From Naegleria gruberi (Eukaryota), in NCBI GenBank assembly GCA_000004985.1, contig GG738855.1: a DNA stretch of 64,000 nt; one strand, 5' to 3'. Positions 19,945 through 31,303 of this stretch are shown one piece after another. Both the position numbers and the translations under genes were made by a program. How positions within the stretch are numbered: the stretch's first letter is position 1; each line of letters begins with the position of its first letter. The notes under the pieces are model-generated. The model did not search any database. It worked only from the letters and a program-made list of their open reading frames with translations, and was not told the origin of the DNA.

Positions 19945-22182
19945 TTATTTCACCAAGTCCAAATAGTTTCCAGAATTATTATCAATATACTTGACCGAAC
20001 AAGACAAACAAGGAAGCAAAATTAAGGGAAGAGGAAGCAAAAACAATGTGGCAAACCCAAAAGAGTACTGTTCTGGATAAGCAATGATAATGGCATGATG
20101 AACGAATAAACAAATCAGACTACACAGTACGGTAATGTACATGTTAATGTACAAACAACGTTTGGTTTTCGAATAGAGAGCTCTACACTCCAAGCAACAC
20201 CACAAAAAGGCAATAAATATCGTTCCAGCAAACAAGAGAAACTCTACTACAAATAGTGGAATCATAGCCACTGCCCAATCAATCTCTGACTCAATAGAAA
20301 ATTGATGAGTAATCATGATTGAACACAGCATACTATAACAAAATGCCACTATTAAAATGATAGAGTTGCAAGTAGAAGTGAGCTTGGAAATCACTGTTCT
20401 GAATTTGATACTTCTCACAATCAACCAAATAAAACAATAAATCAGCATGATTGTCGAAAGTCCACCAAAAACGGCAAACAAATACCATGGAGATTGACTG
20501 AATTGAGAATGAGGCAGACACAAGTACAAATTCCACACAAGTGCAAAAACAATTCCACAAATAGATAAGAGTAACAATCCAATACATGACATGACACTAT
20601 CAAAAAACATCTTCCTCAAACTCAAGATATTCCTCTGTTTTTCCCTTCTCTTACTGTTATTCCTGAGCGCAATTCCAAGTTTCCTCGCTGAAAGTCTCAA
20701 CTCTATTATGGACGATACGAGAATATTAATCATTCCACAATAGAGTGGAAAGAATACCACAATCCAACTCCACTCATTCTCATAATCAATACCAACATTC
20801 ATCAACACTCCCTTAATGGAGAATCCCAATATGAAACATGTGAAAAAGATGTAAACCAAGGGTGCAGAAAATACAAAGTGAATAGAAGATAGCCCCTCAA
20901 TGTCATCCAAAATGAGTTGCTCTGATAGTGGAATAGTTGTGAAACGATCTGATTTTTTCTTTTCAATCTTTCTAAATATGTCAATTCCAAATTGTTTGAC
21001 TTTCTTTTCAGTTTTCAAACATTCACAATAACAATCCTTCTCGAAAATAATATCATTCACTCCCTCAATTGTTACCGATTTGTACTTTTTAAACATAGAT
21101 GGAGGTATCTGAACAGTTGATTCCTCGCTATCACAATCTGATTCATTAATTAGTGTCAATATTTCCATTTCTTCCTCTTCAGAAACATATTCTTCTGAGG
21201 TAAGAGTTTCTGATAATTGATGATCAATCAGAGCAGTTTGGCTAGCACCACTATTATTCGAAAACTCATCCATTTCAATTGAAATTACCTCCTGATGGTT
21301 TCTCTCACCACGTGGAGATTCAATATCCTCAATAAATTCCATAATTTTTGGTGGTGAAAAACATGAATTTTCTATTTTACAAACTCCTCCCAAGTCCAAT
21401 AGAGAAGGTTTCGTATTCACCTTCTTTCCATTCGACATTAAATAATTTAAATGATATTGACCTAAATTTCCACCCTTCTTCCTATTGAAAAAGTAATTCT
21501 TAACTGCCAATATTCTTCTCTTTACAACTTTTTCCTGCACATAAATATCAAAATCCTTAAAGTATAATAATTTCAATTCTCGTATCTTGATTTGATATAA
21601 TCTATTCCAAAAACGTTGTTCTCTATCCAGAAAATTGTACCACATTGAACAAGTATGTGATAAATTGACCATTGTCAAAGAATCATCCAAAAACTCTGAA
21701 ATAATCATCAAAATATCATTTGCAATAATATTCTCAAAATTATGCCATTCAACAGGTTTCAATCGTTGATTATTATTACGATGACGATGATGATGATGAT
21801 TTGCACCATCCAATATAATTGTTCCTTCCTCCTCCGAATCATCATTTCTATTTTCCATTATTATTGTTGTGGTGGTGTTGTGATTGTTGTTGTTATATGA
21901 AGAACTGAGGGCGTGAAAAATTCTGGCAATTGGTGATTTGGTATTGGTTCGTTGTTGATTGTTTATAATGGGAGAAGGTGGCTGGTCAGTTTGGATTGTG
22001 ATATGTTCTTCATCAACATCATGTCTTTCCATCAATAATTGATTACGAGATTGACTAACATGAGTAGTGACAGGTATTGGTGAGTCATCTTCGGAGAGGA
22101 GAGATTCAGAGTTTGCAAAACCAATTTCCGAAGTTTGAATTTGATGGTTGGATTTATTGGTGGATGATCGTTTTCTAGTCAT
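19945..22182 (-). CDS. F-box-like domain protein with long low-complexity N-terminus and C-terminal multipass transmembrane domain (paralogue of 34997..37813)
   Basis: ATG at 22182 (MTRKRSSTNKSNHQIQT). Poly-His/Asn tract. F-box-like segment NDILMIISEFLDDSLTMVNLSHTCSMWYNFLDREQRFW. At least 8 predicted TM helices in the C-terminal 350 aa. Intronless. Confidence 0.55.
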   Translation of the reverse strand: MTRKRSSTNKSNHQIQTSEIGFANSESLLSEDDSPIPVTTHVSQSRNQLLMERHDVDEEHITIQTDQPPSPIINNQQRTNTKSPIARIFHALSSSYNNNNHNTTTTIIMENRNDDSEEEGTIILDGANHHHHRHRNNNQRLKPVEWHNFENIIANDILMIISEFLDDSLTMVNLSHTCSMWYNFLDREQRFWNRLYQIKIRELKLLYFKDFDIYVQEKVVKRRILAVKNYFFNRKKGGNLGQYHLNYLMSNGKKVNTKPSLLDLGGVCKIENSCFSPPKIMEFIEDIESPRGERNHQEVISIEMDEFSNNSGASQTALIDHQLSETLTSEEYVSEEEEMEILTLINESDCDSEESTVQIPPSMFKKYKSVTIEGVNDIIFEKDCYCECLKTEKKVKQFGIDIFRKIEKKKSDRFTTIPLSEQLILDDIEGLSSIHFVFSAPLVYIFFTCFILGFSIKGVLMNVGIDYENEWSWIVVFFPLYCGMINILVSSIIELRLSARKLGIALRNNSKRREKQRNILSLRKMFFDSVMSCIGLLLLSICGIVFALVWNLYLCLPHSQFSQSPWYLFAVFGGLSTIMLIYCFIWLIVRSIKFRTVISKLTSTCNSIILIVAFCYSMLCSIMITHQFSIESEIDWAVAMIPLFVVEFLLFAGTIFIAFLWCCLECRALYSKTKRCLYINMYITVLCSLICLFVHHAIIIAYPEQYSFGFATLFLLPLPLILLPCLSCSVKYIDNNSGNYLDLVK

Positions 22183-22289
22183 TTTTTTAATGTCGTTTCC
22201 ACCGAGATGACAAATGAAAACTTGTTTTAAAAGATGTTTGGTTGACCTCAGTTTTATGAACCAAATTATGAACTTCTTAACATCATAAC
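22134..22289. repeat. Copy A of a roughly 150-bp imperfect direct repeat (first codons plus 5' flank of the F-box/TM gene); partner at 23718..23840
   Basis: Shared blocks by eye: GAATTTGATG..TTTATTGG(T/C)GGA(T/A)GATCGTTTTCT(A/T)GTCATTT(T/C)TTTAAT(G/A)TCGTTTC..AAAAGATGTTTGG(T/C)TGA..CCAAAT(T/C)AT(G/A)AAC..CATCATAAC. About 80% identity with small indels. Confidence 0.6.
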
Positions 22290-22325
22290 TATTTGTATTC
22301 TTAATTTTGTAAACAAGTTCTTTGA

Positions 22326-23609
22326 TTGAATTTAAAAAAAATGCTCAAACGTTTCAACAAATTTCCTCTCAAAATGATCATCTTGCCCTCTGGATACACA
22401 CCTACGCTCCGACAATCACATTCCAATCAAAATGTTGAAAACAACTCCTCCTCCTACCTCAACAATCTTCAAAATATGATCAATGAGGCTTGTTATTCAG
22501 ATGTTGTTGGATCCTATCTCAAAACTGAATTGGTGGATGCCTACATGCAAAAGAATCCCTTCCCAAATAATCAATCAATAATGGAGGAGGGAGTCACACG
22601 TTTAGGATATCTTTTGAAATATTCCAATGACAATGTTAAGAGAAATAAGAATCTTGTTAGTTCTGCTTTGAATGATGAATATCAAAATGAGGTGTTTGAA
22701 TTTTCACATGAATCACTGCGATGTGACAAGTCATTTATTATTGAGAATGTCATTGGAAAGTGTCATGTAATATTACCTTACTTGTGTGATGAATTAAAAA
22801 GAGACAAGGAATTAATCTTGAAAATTATAGAAAGAAATTGTCGTGACTTGTACTATGCCCCTGATGAATTGAAAAGTGACAGGGATATTATTGCAATGGC
22901 AGGTAGAACGAATTTGATGGTCGCTTATGAAAATGGTTCCAAAGAAATACAGCAAGACAGAGAATTCTGGAAGGATTTAATGTCATCAAAATGTTGCAGT
23001 TTTGTTTTTGGAATCCCATTTCCCTTAAATAACGATTTGGAGATGATGAATATTGCTGTGGAGCGTAATTCATTTTTTGCAATTAGTTCAACTTCGAATG
23101 AATTAAGAAATGATCGAGAGCTCATATTAAAAGCAGTGAAATTGGATGGATGGGCTCTCAAGTGGGCATCTGTTGAATTGCAAGATGATTTTGAGATTGT
23201 TTTGGAAGCTGTTAAATGTACTGGGCTTGCTTTTGAGTATGCTTCTGAAAAATTGAGAAATAATGAGATTATTACAATGGAGGCAGTGAAAACATATCCA
23301 AATGCACTATATCATACTCCAACATTGTATGATAATTGGCAGATTGTCATGACAGCTGTCAAAGTGAATGGATGGGCTCTCAAGTGGGCGTCTGATAAAT
23401 TACAAGGAGATTTTGAAATTGCTTTGGAAGCTGTCAAATCAAATGGTGAAGCTCTCCAGTTTGCATCTAAGGAATTGAGAAGTAATAAGATGATTGTAAT
23501 GGAGGCAGTAAAACAGAATGAATTTTCCATCAGATTTGCTTCTGAAGAGCTTCAAAATGATAGTGAAGTTGTAGCTGCTTCTAGAAAATACAGAATATCT
23601 AAAATGTGA
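22326..23609 (+). CDS. DUF4116-type tandem-repeat protein (about 30-aa repeats D.E..L.AVK.NG.AL..AS.EL..D), intronless
   Basis: ATG at 22326. At least 8 tandem units, e.g. DRELILKAVKLDGWALKWASVELQDDFEIVLEAVKCTGLAFEYASEKLRNNEIITMEAVK / WQIVMTAVKVNGWALKWASDKLQGDFEIALEAVKSNGEALQFASKELRSNKMIVMEAVKQN. Near-identical DNA blocks lie within the gene (about 23140-23170 vs 23360-23395). Confidence 0.6.
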   Translation: MNLKKMLKRFNKFPLKMIILPSGYTPTLRQSHSNQNVENNSSSYLNNLQNMINEACYSDVVGSYLKTELVDAYMQKNPFPNNQSIMEEGVTRLGYLLKYSNDNVKRNKNLVSSALNDEYQNEVFEFSHESLRCDKSFIIENVIGKCHVILPYLCDELKRDKELILKIIERNCRDLYYAPDELKSDRDIIAMAGRTNLMVAYENGSKEIQQDREFWKDLMSSKCCSFVFGIPFPLNNDLEMMNIAVERNSFFAISSTSNELRNDRELILKAVKLDGWALKWASVELQDDFEIVLEAVKCTGLAFEYASEKLRNNEIITMEAVKTYPNALYHTPTLYDNWQIVMTAVKVNGWALKWASDKLQGDFEIALEAVKSNGEALQFASKELRSNKMIVMEAVKQNEFSIRFASEELQNDSEVVAASRKYRISKM

Positions 23610-23717
23610 AATTAACTCAAAAAATACCATGTTTCATCCAATCTCAGTTAGAGTTTGTTGCATCCTTTTTGGAATCTTCCTCTACATTTACACAAGAGAG
23701 TTGTTTGTGATTAATAA

Positions 23718-23840
23718 TGAATTTGATGATTTATTGGCGGAAGATCGTTTTCTTGTCATTTCTTTAATATCGTTTCTGTGACAAGTGAAATCTTCAAAAG
23801 ATGTTTGGCTGATGGTTATTATTGGTTACCAAATCATAAC
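23718..23840. pseudogene. Copy B of the direct repeat: truncated duplicate of the 5' end and promoter of the F-box/TM gene (minus strand reads MTRKRSSANKSSNSLLITNNSLV*)
   Basis: The reverse strand at about 23760-23690 encodes MTRKRSSANKSS.., versus MTRKRSSTNKSN.. for the intact gene at 22182. It stops after 23 codons. Located in the 3'-3' spacer after the DUF4116 gene. Confidence 0.55.
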
Positions 23841-23899
23841 ATCCTTTAAAATAATTATTCCTCTTTGTGAACTATTCAATTAAACTAAAGTATTCAAAA

Positions 23900-24811
23900 T
23901 TAGTCCAATTCAAATTTGTAATCGAGATCAGGACGTCTTTCTGAAATGTCACCCTCAAATTTAAGCAATTGTTTTTTGACTGACGTCTTTTTATCCAAAG
24001 GTTGATATCTTTGATAAGCTCCAATTCTCAAATCTTGTGAAACATATGATGGCTCATTATAGTCATTCTTTGGAACAATTAGAGGTGCCTTATTACTCGA
24101 CTTCAAATATCTTTGTTGAATGGATTGAGTCGTTTCTTGTCTTTCATTTTCAACAGTTTGATTATTAGACATCTTTTTCAATTGATCCTGTTCAAATTCC
24201 TTTAATTGTCTTCCGACCAACTTTAAATGAGATCTACGCATAGCTTGATACTCAATTGGAAGAGGCTTCCTTTCAGAATCCAAATCTTTCAACATTGTTT
24301 GTCTATCAGCAGAAGGAGCTGCCATAACTAATGGTGAACGACCTGTTGGTATATTTGTAAATAATTCCTCAGTTCCCTCTGCATAGAATCTATTGTAAGG
24401 TCTCCACGATACAAATGACCTAGTATGTTTTGAATCCTCATCCTCATCATCAATTCCTCTAACTGCTTTATCAATTTCATCACTCAAAAACATGGCACTT
24501 CTCAAAACTCTCAAATCAGTAACCTTTCCTCCAGTATCTCTGAAGAAATCTTCCAGTGCTCTTTTCTGTTTCTCTCTATTGGTTATTCTCCTCTCCAAGG
24601 CTTGTTGCTCTGCAGATTTTGCAAAGAGTGATTCCGAACTTGTAAGTGCTGGACTTCCAATAATTACTCTCTTTACATGTTCCGAAAGTAAATGTCTCAA
24701 GAAACGATAGGAAAGCAAACTGACAAGCGATGCTATCAGTGATATCTATTAAATGATTGCAATTTTAATTATCTTTCCGATTAATAATATACTTACAAGT
24801 GATGATCCCAT
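23900..24811 (-). CDS. Hypothetical protein, 2 exons (about 24811-24797 and 24745-23900)
   Basis: Upstream mini-exon ATGGGATCATCACTT is followed by GTAAGT...TTTAATAG and joins in frame to ..ISLIASLVSLLSYRFLRHLLSEHVKR.. The track ORF starts at a TTG. Product is basic/charged (..RRITNREKQKRALEDFFRDTGGKVTDLRVLRSAMFLSDEID..). No family recognised. Confidence 0.4.
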
Positions 24812-24994
24812 CTAGATAATATCCTCAAATAAATATTAAATTTCCAAAATAATTGTTTAATTCACTCTCCTATTTTAATTTAGAGTTTTTGAAAATGGAA
24901 GTGAAGAAGGAAATAATGCTGATGAAGGATGAAGGGATGAAGGTTGCTCTATTTTTTAAATTTAAAATCTTTTAATAAACAAATTATTAAAAAA

Positions 24995-25572
24995 ATGTCG
25001 GAAAGTGAATCATTAAATTCCATCACCACAAATGATGATCAGCAGCAAATAGTTGTAACAGAGGAAGGGAAGAGTGAAATAAACGAGGAAATTGAAACTT
25101 TGGGAGAAGGAGAAAATAATAGACCATCACCACTTATACCTAAAGAATTAGTTTTTGATTCTAAATTGATACAATATATTTCCGAGTATAGAGATGAAAT
25201 TAAGATGAAGCCGAGATGTGATTTGTTGGAGTGTGAAGCTAAATCATTGGAAGTTTTAATTAATGATCAAGGATTTAAGTATGTGACGAGAAAAATGATG
25301 GGAAAAGAACATTTGGAAGAAGCTTTTTTCATTGAATTTTTAGAAAGCTATTGCTTAGGTAGGTATTATTTATTGAGTGCATTTGATAAAATTCGAATAT
25401 TTGAACTCTTTCAGATTATTACAATTTCATAAATACGGGAGAGGAATTAAATCATGATGAAGAGGAAATTCAAACCCCTGAAGAGGATACATCATCATCA
25501 ACTACAAAAGTACAATCCAATGTTGTGATTGAAGAGTTGACCAATACTGAAGATCTGAAACAAAATGAATAA
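24995..25572 (+). CDS. Small acidic hypothetical protein, 2 exons (24995-25358, 25415-25572)
   Basis: True ATG at 24995 (MSESESLNSI..); the track start at 24944 is a TTG. Donor GTAGGT after ..LESYCL, acceptor TTTCAG. Second exon DYYNFINTGEELNHDEEEIQTPEEDTSSSTTKVQSNVVIEELTNTEDLKQNE*. Confidence 0.4.
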
Positions 25573-25748
25573 TATTCAAATAAACACTATTATTCATTCC
25601 AAAAAAAATCACCATCCACTCAATTCCATTATTTATTTAATTAATTTATGATATTAATTCCTCTCAGTGGTAGATTAATTCCTAAATGAAATTTAAAAAG
25701 AAAGAGAAAACTGGTTGAATCAAAAAAGAAATAAAGTTTTATTAAAAA

Positions 25749-26232
25749 ATGCCACGACCATCAATTACACCAAAGACTTTCAAGAGTTTGAATTATATTC
25801 TCGATAATAGAGTTGTTTTTCCAACTAATTTGAAGAAAATAACGACCATCTATAACTCTTACGGAGGACAGGTAAACTCTATTTCTAGAGATTTTGTTGT
25901 TAAACACTATCCAGCTATTCAACATTTCAACCCACAAACAGAATGCAAGAGAGTTAAATATAACAAGACTTCAGGTTTTGCTAAAATTGTCATTGAATTG
26001 GGTAAGTAATTATTATGCGGAACTAATCAAGAACAACAACAACATTACAGATGACGGAACACAAACAGCCATCAAGGTTCAAGAAACAGATAATGAACAA
26101 ACTCTTGCCGAACGTATTAAACAAACTGCTCTCTCATTAACTGAAACTCAATACGAACCAGAAGTTGCTATTTTCATCAAGGATTTTGCTAAGCGTGTTC
26201 AAGAATCCAAGTCATTGGTCCAACAACAATAA
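25749..26232 (+). CDS. Small (about 145 aa) hypothetical protein, 2 exons (25749-26001, 26051-26232)
   Basis: ATG at 25749. Donor GTAAGT after ..KIVIELG, acceptor TTACAG. Joined product ..SGFAKIVIELDDGTQTAIKVQETDNEQTLAERIKQTALSLTETQYEPEVAIFIKDFAKRVQESKSLVQQQ*. Family not recognised. Confidence 0.45.
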
Positions 26233-26569
26233 TTTAACTACTAGTATTAAATCATAATAACAATGGAAACATAGGATTTACCGAGACAAATATATTTTGA
26301 AATTAGGAATTAGAATAAACATCACCGATAGATTTTAGAATTTATTAATTTCTTACTTTAGATAATTATTAAGGATAATTCTCCCAATCTGTTAATCTAA
26401 ATATAAAGGAAGGGAGCATTCTGTTTGTGAAGAGAGTGTTATCATTATCAAATATGAATACTTTTGGATTTTCGTTGAACAAGGTAGCCGGTGCACATTT
26501 GATATTGTCATCACGTGCCCATCATAAAAATAAAATTGCAATTCATATTGTTGAAAATTAAAATAAAAA

Positions 26570-29500
26570 ATGAGTAAACTCCAAGAAGTAGACGCAAGTA
26601 TTAACTTTGCTAGAGAAGAAGAAAAGACTTTGTCGTATTGGAAAGAAATCGACGCCTTCAATACCAGCTTGAAAAAGTCGGAAGGAAAGAAGCCATTCTC
26701 CTTCTATGATGGTCCACCATTCGCAACAGGGTATGTAAAAATCATCATAACTTGGAAAGCCTAACAATCTATTTAAATGTTGTTGTATATAATGACGATC
26801 TATTAATTATATTACATAGTGTAAGTATTAACTAGGTGATTCAATCAGTATTTACAATTATTTTCAGCTTCCTCACTATGGTCACATTTTAGCAGGTACT
26901 ATTAAAGACGTTGTTACCAGATATGCTCACCAAACTGGTCACTATGTTGAAAGAAGATTTGGTTGGGATTGTCACGGTCTTCCAATTGAATTTGAAATTG
27001 AAAAGATTTTGAAGAGAGACAAGATTTTCGAGGAAAAACTCTTGTCAGAAGAAGAGTTGAAAAACGAAGAATTGATCAAAAAGAAGATTTCAGAAATGAC
27101 TTTGAGTCGTGCTGATATCGAAGAATATGGTATTGCCAGATATAATGACAAATGTGAATCTATTGTCATGAAATACTCTTCCGAATGGGAACAAATCATT
27201 ACAAGATTGGGAAGATGGATTGACTTTAAGAATGACTACAAGACAATGAACTTCTCATTTATGGAAAGTGTTTGGTGGGTTTTCAAGCAATTATGGGATA
27301 AGAATTTGGTTTATAAAGGAGTTCGTGTCATGCCATACAGTACAGGTTGTACAACACCACTCTCCAACTTTGAAGTCACACAAGGATACAGAGATGTCCA
27401 AGATACTGCCATCACAGTTGCTTTCCCAATTAAGAGTGAAGATGAAAAATTCAAGGATACAAGCTTTTTGGTTTGGACAACTACTCCATGGACATTGCCA
27501 AGTAACTTGGCTCTCTGTGTTAATCCTGAATTCACATATGTTAGAGTTTATGATGAACAAAAGAAATGGTACTTTATCGTTTTGAAGGATTTGGCTTCTA
27601 AATATTTCAAGAAGGTCAAAACTGAAGGTGAATTTAAGGGAAGTGATTTGGTTGGTATGAAGTATGAACCTCTCTATAATTTCTATGCTGAAGAATTTGC
27701 TGATGCTTTTAGAGTTATTTCCGATGATTACGTCACAAATTCAAGTGGTACTGGTATTGTCCATCAAGCTCCAGGTTTTGGTGAAGACGATAACCGTGTT
27801 TGTGCCAAGTTTGGAATTATTGATAACAAGACTAGATTACCTCCATGTCCTTTGGATGATATTGGTCGTTATGTTTCACCAATTGAAACTTTCAAGGGAA
27901 TGTACATCAAGGATGCTGATCCATTGATTATTGAAGATTTGAGAAGCAGACTCAGACTTTTCAAGAAGGAAGGTATTACCCACAAGTATCCATTCTGTTG
28001 GAGATCTGATACTCCATTGATTTACAAGACTGTTCCATCTTGGTTCGTTAGAGTTACTGATTTAAGAGATAGACTTCTTGAAAACAATAAGCAAACTTAT
28101 TGGGTTCCTGAACACGTTCAAGAAGGTAGATTCCACAACTGGCTTGCTGATTGTAAGGATTGGACCATTTCTAGAAGTAGATATTGGGGTACTCCAATTC
28201 CTGTCTGGATGAGTGAGGATGGTGAAGAAATGGTTGCTGTTGGTTCTGTTGCTGAATTGGAACAATTGACTGGTATCACTGGAATTAACAATCTCCACAG
28301 ACAACACATTGACAAGCTTACTATTCCTAGCCAAAAGGTACCTGGTAAGGTTTTGAAGAGAGTCAGTGATGTCTTTGATTGTTGGTTTGAATCTGGTTCT
28401 ATGCCATATGCTCAAAACCACTATCCATTTGAAAACCCAGAAAAGTTCCAAGACTCTTTCCCAGCTGATTTCATTGCTGAAGGTTTGGATCAAACTAGAG
28501 GTTGGTTCTACACTTTGTTGGTTTTGGGTACTGCTTTGTTTGACAAGTGTCCATTCCAAAATGTTATTGTAAACGGTCTCGTCCTTGCTGAAGATGGTTC
28601 CAAGATGAGTAAGAGTAAGAAGAATTATCCAGATCCACAAATTGTTATTGACAAGCACGGTTCTGATGCCTTGAGATTATATTTGATCAACTCACCAGTT
28701 GTTAGAGCTGAACCACTCAAGTTCAAGGAAGATGGTGTTTTCGATGTCGTCAAGGAAATCTTGTTGCAATGGTACAATGCTTACAGATTCTTTGTTCAAT
28801 CTGTCAAACGTTATGTTGACGAAACTGGTGAAGATTTTAACAGTGATATTGCCAATGCTGCCAAGATTGATAATATCATGGACAAGTGGATCATTTCCTC
28901 TAGCAACAGTTTGTTGAAGAATATTAGTGCTGAAATGAAGGCCTATCGTTTGTATAATGTTACACCAAAGTTGGAAGGTTTCATTGACCATCTTACTCGT
29001 TGGTATGTCAAGATTAACAACAAGCGTTTGAAGGGTGAACAAAAGGATCAAACTAAGGAAGATAGATTGTCTGCCTTGTCTGCTATGTTCATTGCTTTGT
29101 ATAATGTTGTTAGAATTATGGCTCCATTCACTCCATTCTTGACTGAAAAGATGTATCAAAATCTTAAGAACTTGCTCACAAAGAGTGAAGATTCTGTCCA
29201 CTATGAAATGCTCCCAGAATGTGATGAATCCAAGATTGATTTGGAAATTGAAAGAACTGTTGAAGCTATGCAAGCTGTCATTAAGGTTGGTAGAACTTTG
29301 CGTGTCAGAAAGAACATTCCTTCCAGAACTCCAGTATCTTCCTACATTGTTTGTAACATTGATGAAGATTTCATTAGAAGAGTTAAGAGTATGGAATACT
29401 TTATCAAGAAGGAACTCAACATTCATGGATCTGTTATTGCTACAAGCAACATTCAAGAATATAGTGTTAAATTGGAAGCTACTCCAAATAACAAGGCTTT

Positions 29501-30029
29501 GGGTGTTCGTTTGGGTAAGAAGTTCAAGGATGTCTATAAGGCAATTACTGGTTTGAAACACGAAGAATTGGTTTCATTCTTGATGAAGAAGGAAATTGTT
29601 TTGTGCGGTGAAACTATCAACAATGAAGACTTGATTGTGGCTAACAAGTTTGTTGGTACTGAAAAGAATTACTTTGCTGATGAATGTGGTACTGGTACTT
29701 TGATTTTGAACACTGACTTGTCAGAAGAATTGAAGGAATTAGGTTTCGTCAGAGAAGCTGGTAGTAAAGTCCAACAAATGAGAAAGGAAGCTCGTCTCAA
29801 GTTTGAAGATAAGGTTGACGTTTTCTTGACTGGTAAGAGTTCTCAAACAGTAGTTGAAGTTTTGAAGAAGCACTCTGCCACTCTTGCTCAACATTTGAAG
29901 GGTATGGACGTCTTCTTTGAAGCTGTTCCTTCTGGAAAGGATTTGATCATTCAACAAGAAATGAATGTTGACAGATTAACTCAAGAAGAAAGCAATGTTG
30001 TTGTTTTCACGTTGATTAGAAAAGAATAA
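26570..30029 (+). CDS. IARS1: Isoleucyl-tRNA synthetase, cytoplasmic (class I), 2 exons
   Basis: Exon 1 starts at ATG 26570 (..[12 protein letters not shown]). A roughly 135-nt intron (GTATGT at 26731, TTTTCAG ending 26867) precedes exon 2, which runs 26868-30029. Exon 2 reads [89 protein letters not shown].., nearly collinear with eukaryotic IARS1. The exact junction phase could not be reconciled by eye (see findings). Confidence 0.9.
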
Positions 30030-30044
30030 ATTTTTGAAAATATT

Positions 30045-31303
30045 TTAATTAATTTCTTTCCTCAGTTTCATCCAATCCATTTCGAAATCCATCTTGTAAC
30101 CCATTCTATTGAAGAGATTGGCAAATTTTGTTCTTAAATAATCATAATCTGGTTTTTCCTCAAATTTCAGTTTCTTTACGTAGAGAAAGTATTGAGTAAA
30201 CTCGATTGGCAAGCCAGCGCATAATTGATTTATGGAAGTGTTCATCTTCTTTTCCATAATCTTTTCATACTTTTTCTGTCTATTGTTTGCCATGAGACCT
30301 TGCCAAGGTAAACTACCATTTAAGAAATATACAAATAAATAACCAATACTTTCCAAATCATCACGACGACTCTGTTCATAACCCAAGTGAGAGTTTGTAC
30401 TTGTATATCTTGCTGTACCTGTAAGAGATTTGTTCTTCCTCATTGGTATATGTTTGAGACCTTCTCCTTTTTCTTCAACCATATATCTCTTAGCGAGACC
30501 AAAGTCTAACATGTAGACGTGGTGACCTTTTTCTTTTCTTCCCATTAGAAAGTTTTCAGGTTTAACTATTAAGGTGTTGGATTAGAGCTAGTTACTAAAA
30601 AAAACTTACCATCTCTATGAATAAAATGTTTGTAATGCAAAAATTCAATTCTTGAAATTAATTGATCTGCCAAAATAAGAACAGTTTTCAATGAAAATCT
30701 TCTACTACAAAAACTAAATAAATCTTCCAAAGATGGGCCAAGACATTCAATTACCATTACATTGAAATCATCTTCTACTCCATACCAATACAATTTTGGA
30801 ATTCCTATCACAGTGGCTTCTTCTTGATGATGTTGTGTAACAGAGAGTACTTCTTGACTCTTTGATGTCCCAATACCTGTACTATTAGGGCTATTTCCAT
30901 GGTTCACATGTAAAGAAGCAGTATCAATAGATGTATTCAAAGCAGCTGAGGCTGCACTTAGAGTTTTCCTGCTTGTAGAGACTGGTAATCCCCAAAGAAT
31001 TTTATAGATTCTACTCTCCGCAAGCAATTGAGGGAATTTACATTTTACTTCTTCAAACTTGATGGCTACTTCTTGATTATTACTTATTATTTTACCTGCG
31101 TGAATAGTACCAAAACTTCCACTTCCTAGTTTTGCTCCTACTAAAAATCGTTTTCCTATTAATCTAGGTATTTGTGGTTTATATGACTGTTGTTGAGCAA
31201 CTTCTATTTGTTGTTGTTGCTGTACTGCTCGAACTCCATTGTCATTCGCTGTCCTATTATTTGGAGAGGAAGGAACGACTTGATTTGAATTTGGTGGATT
31301 CAT
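30045..31303 (-). CDS. Casein kinase I, 2 exons (31303-30610 and 30565-30045), with Q-rich N-terminal extension and a roughly 55-aa low-complexity insert in the N-lobe
   Basis: ATG at 31303. Exon 1 ends ..HYKHFIHRD|G. A 44-nt GTAAGT...TTAATAG intron follows. Exon 2 reads [72 protein letters not shown].., canonical CK1 subdomains VI-XI. Confidence 0.9.
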
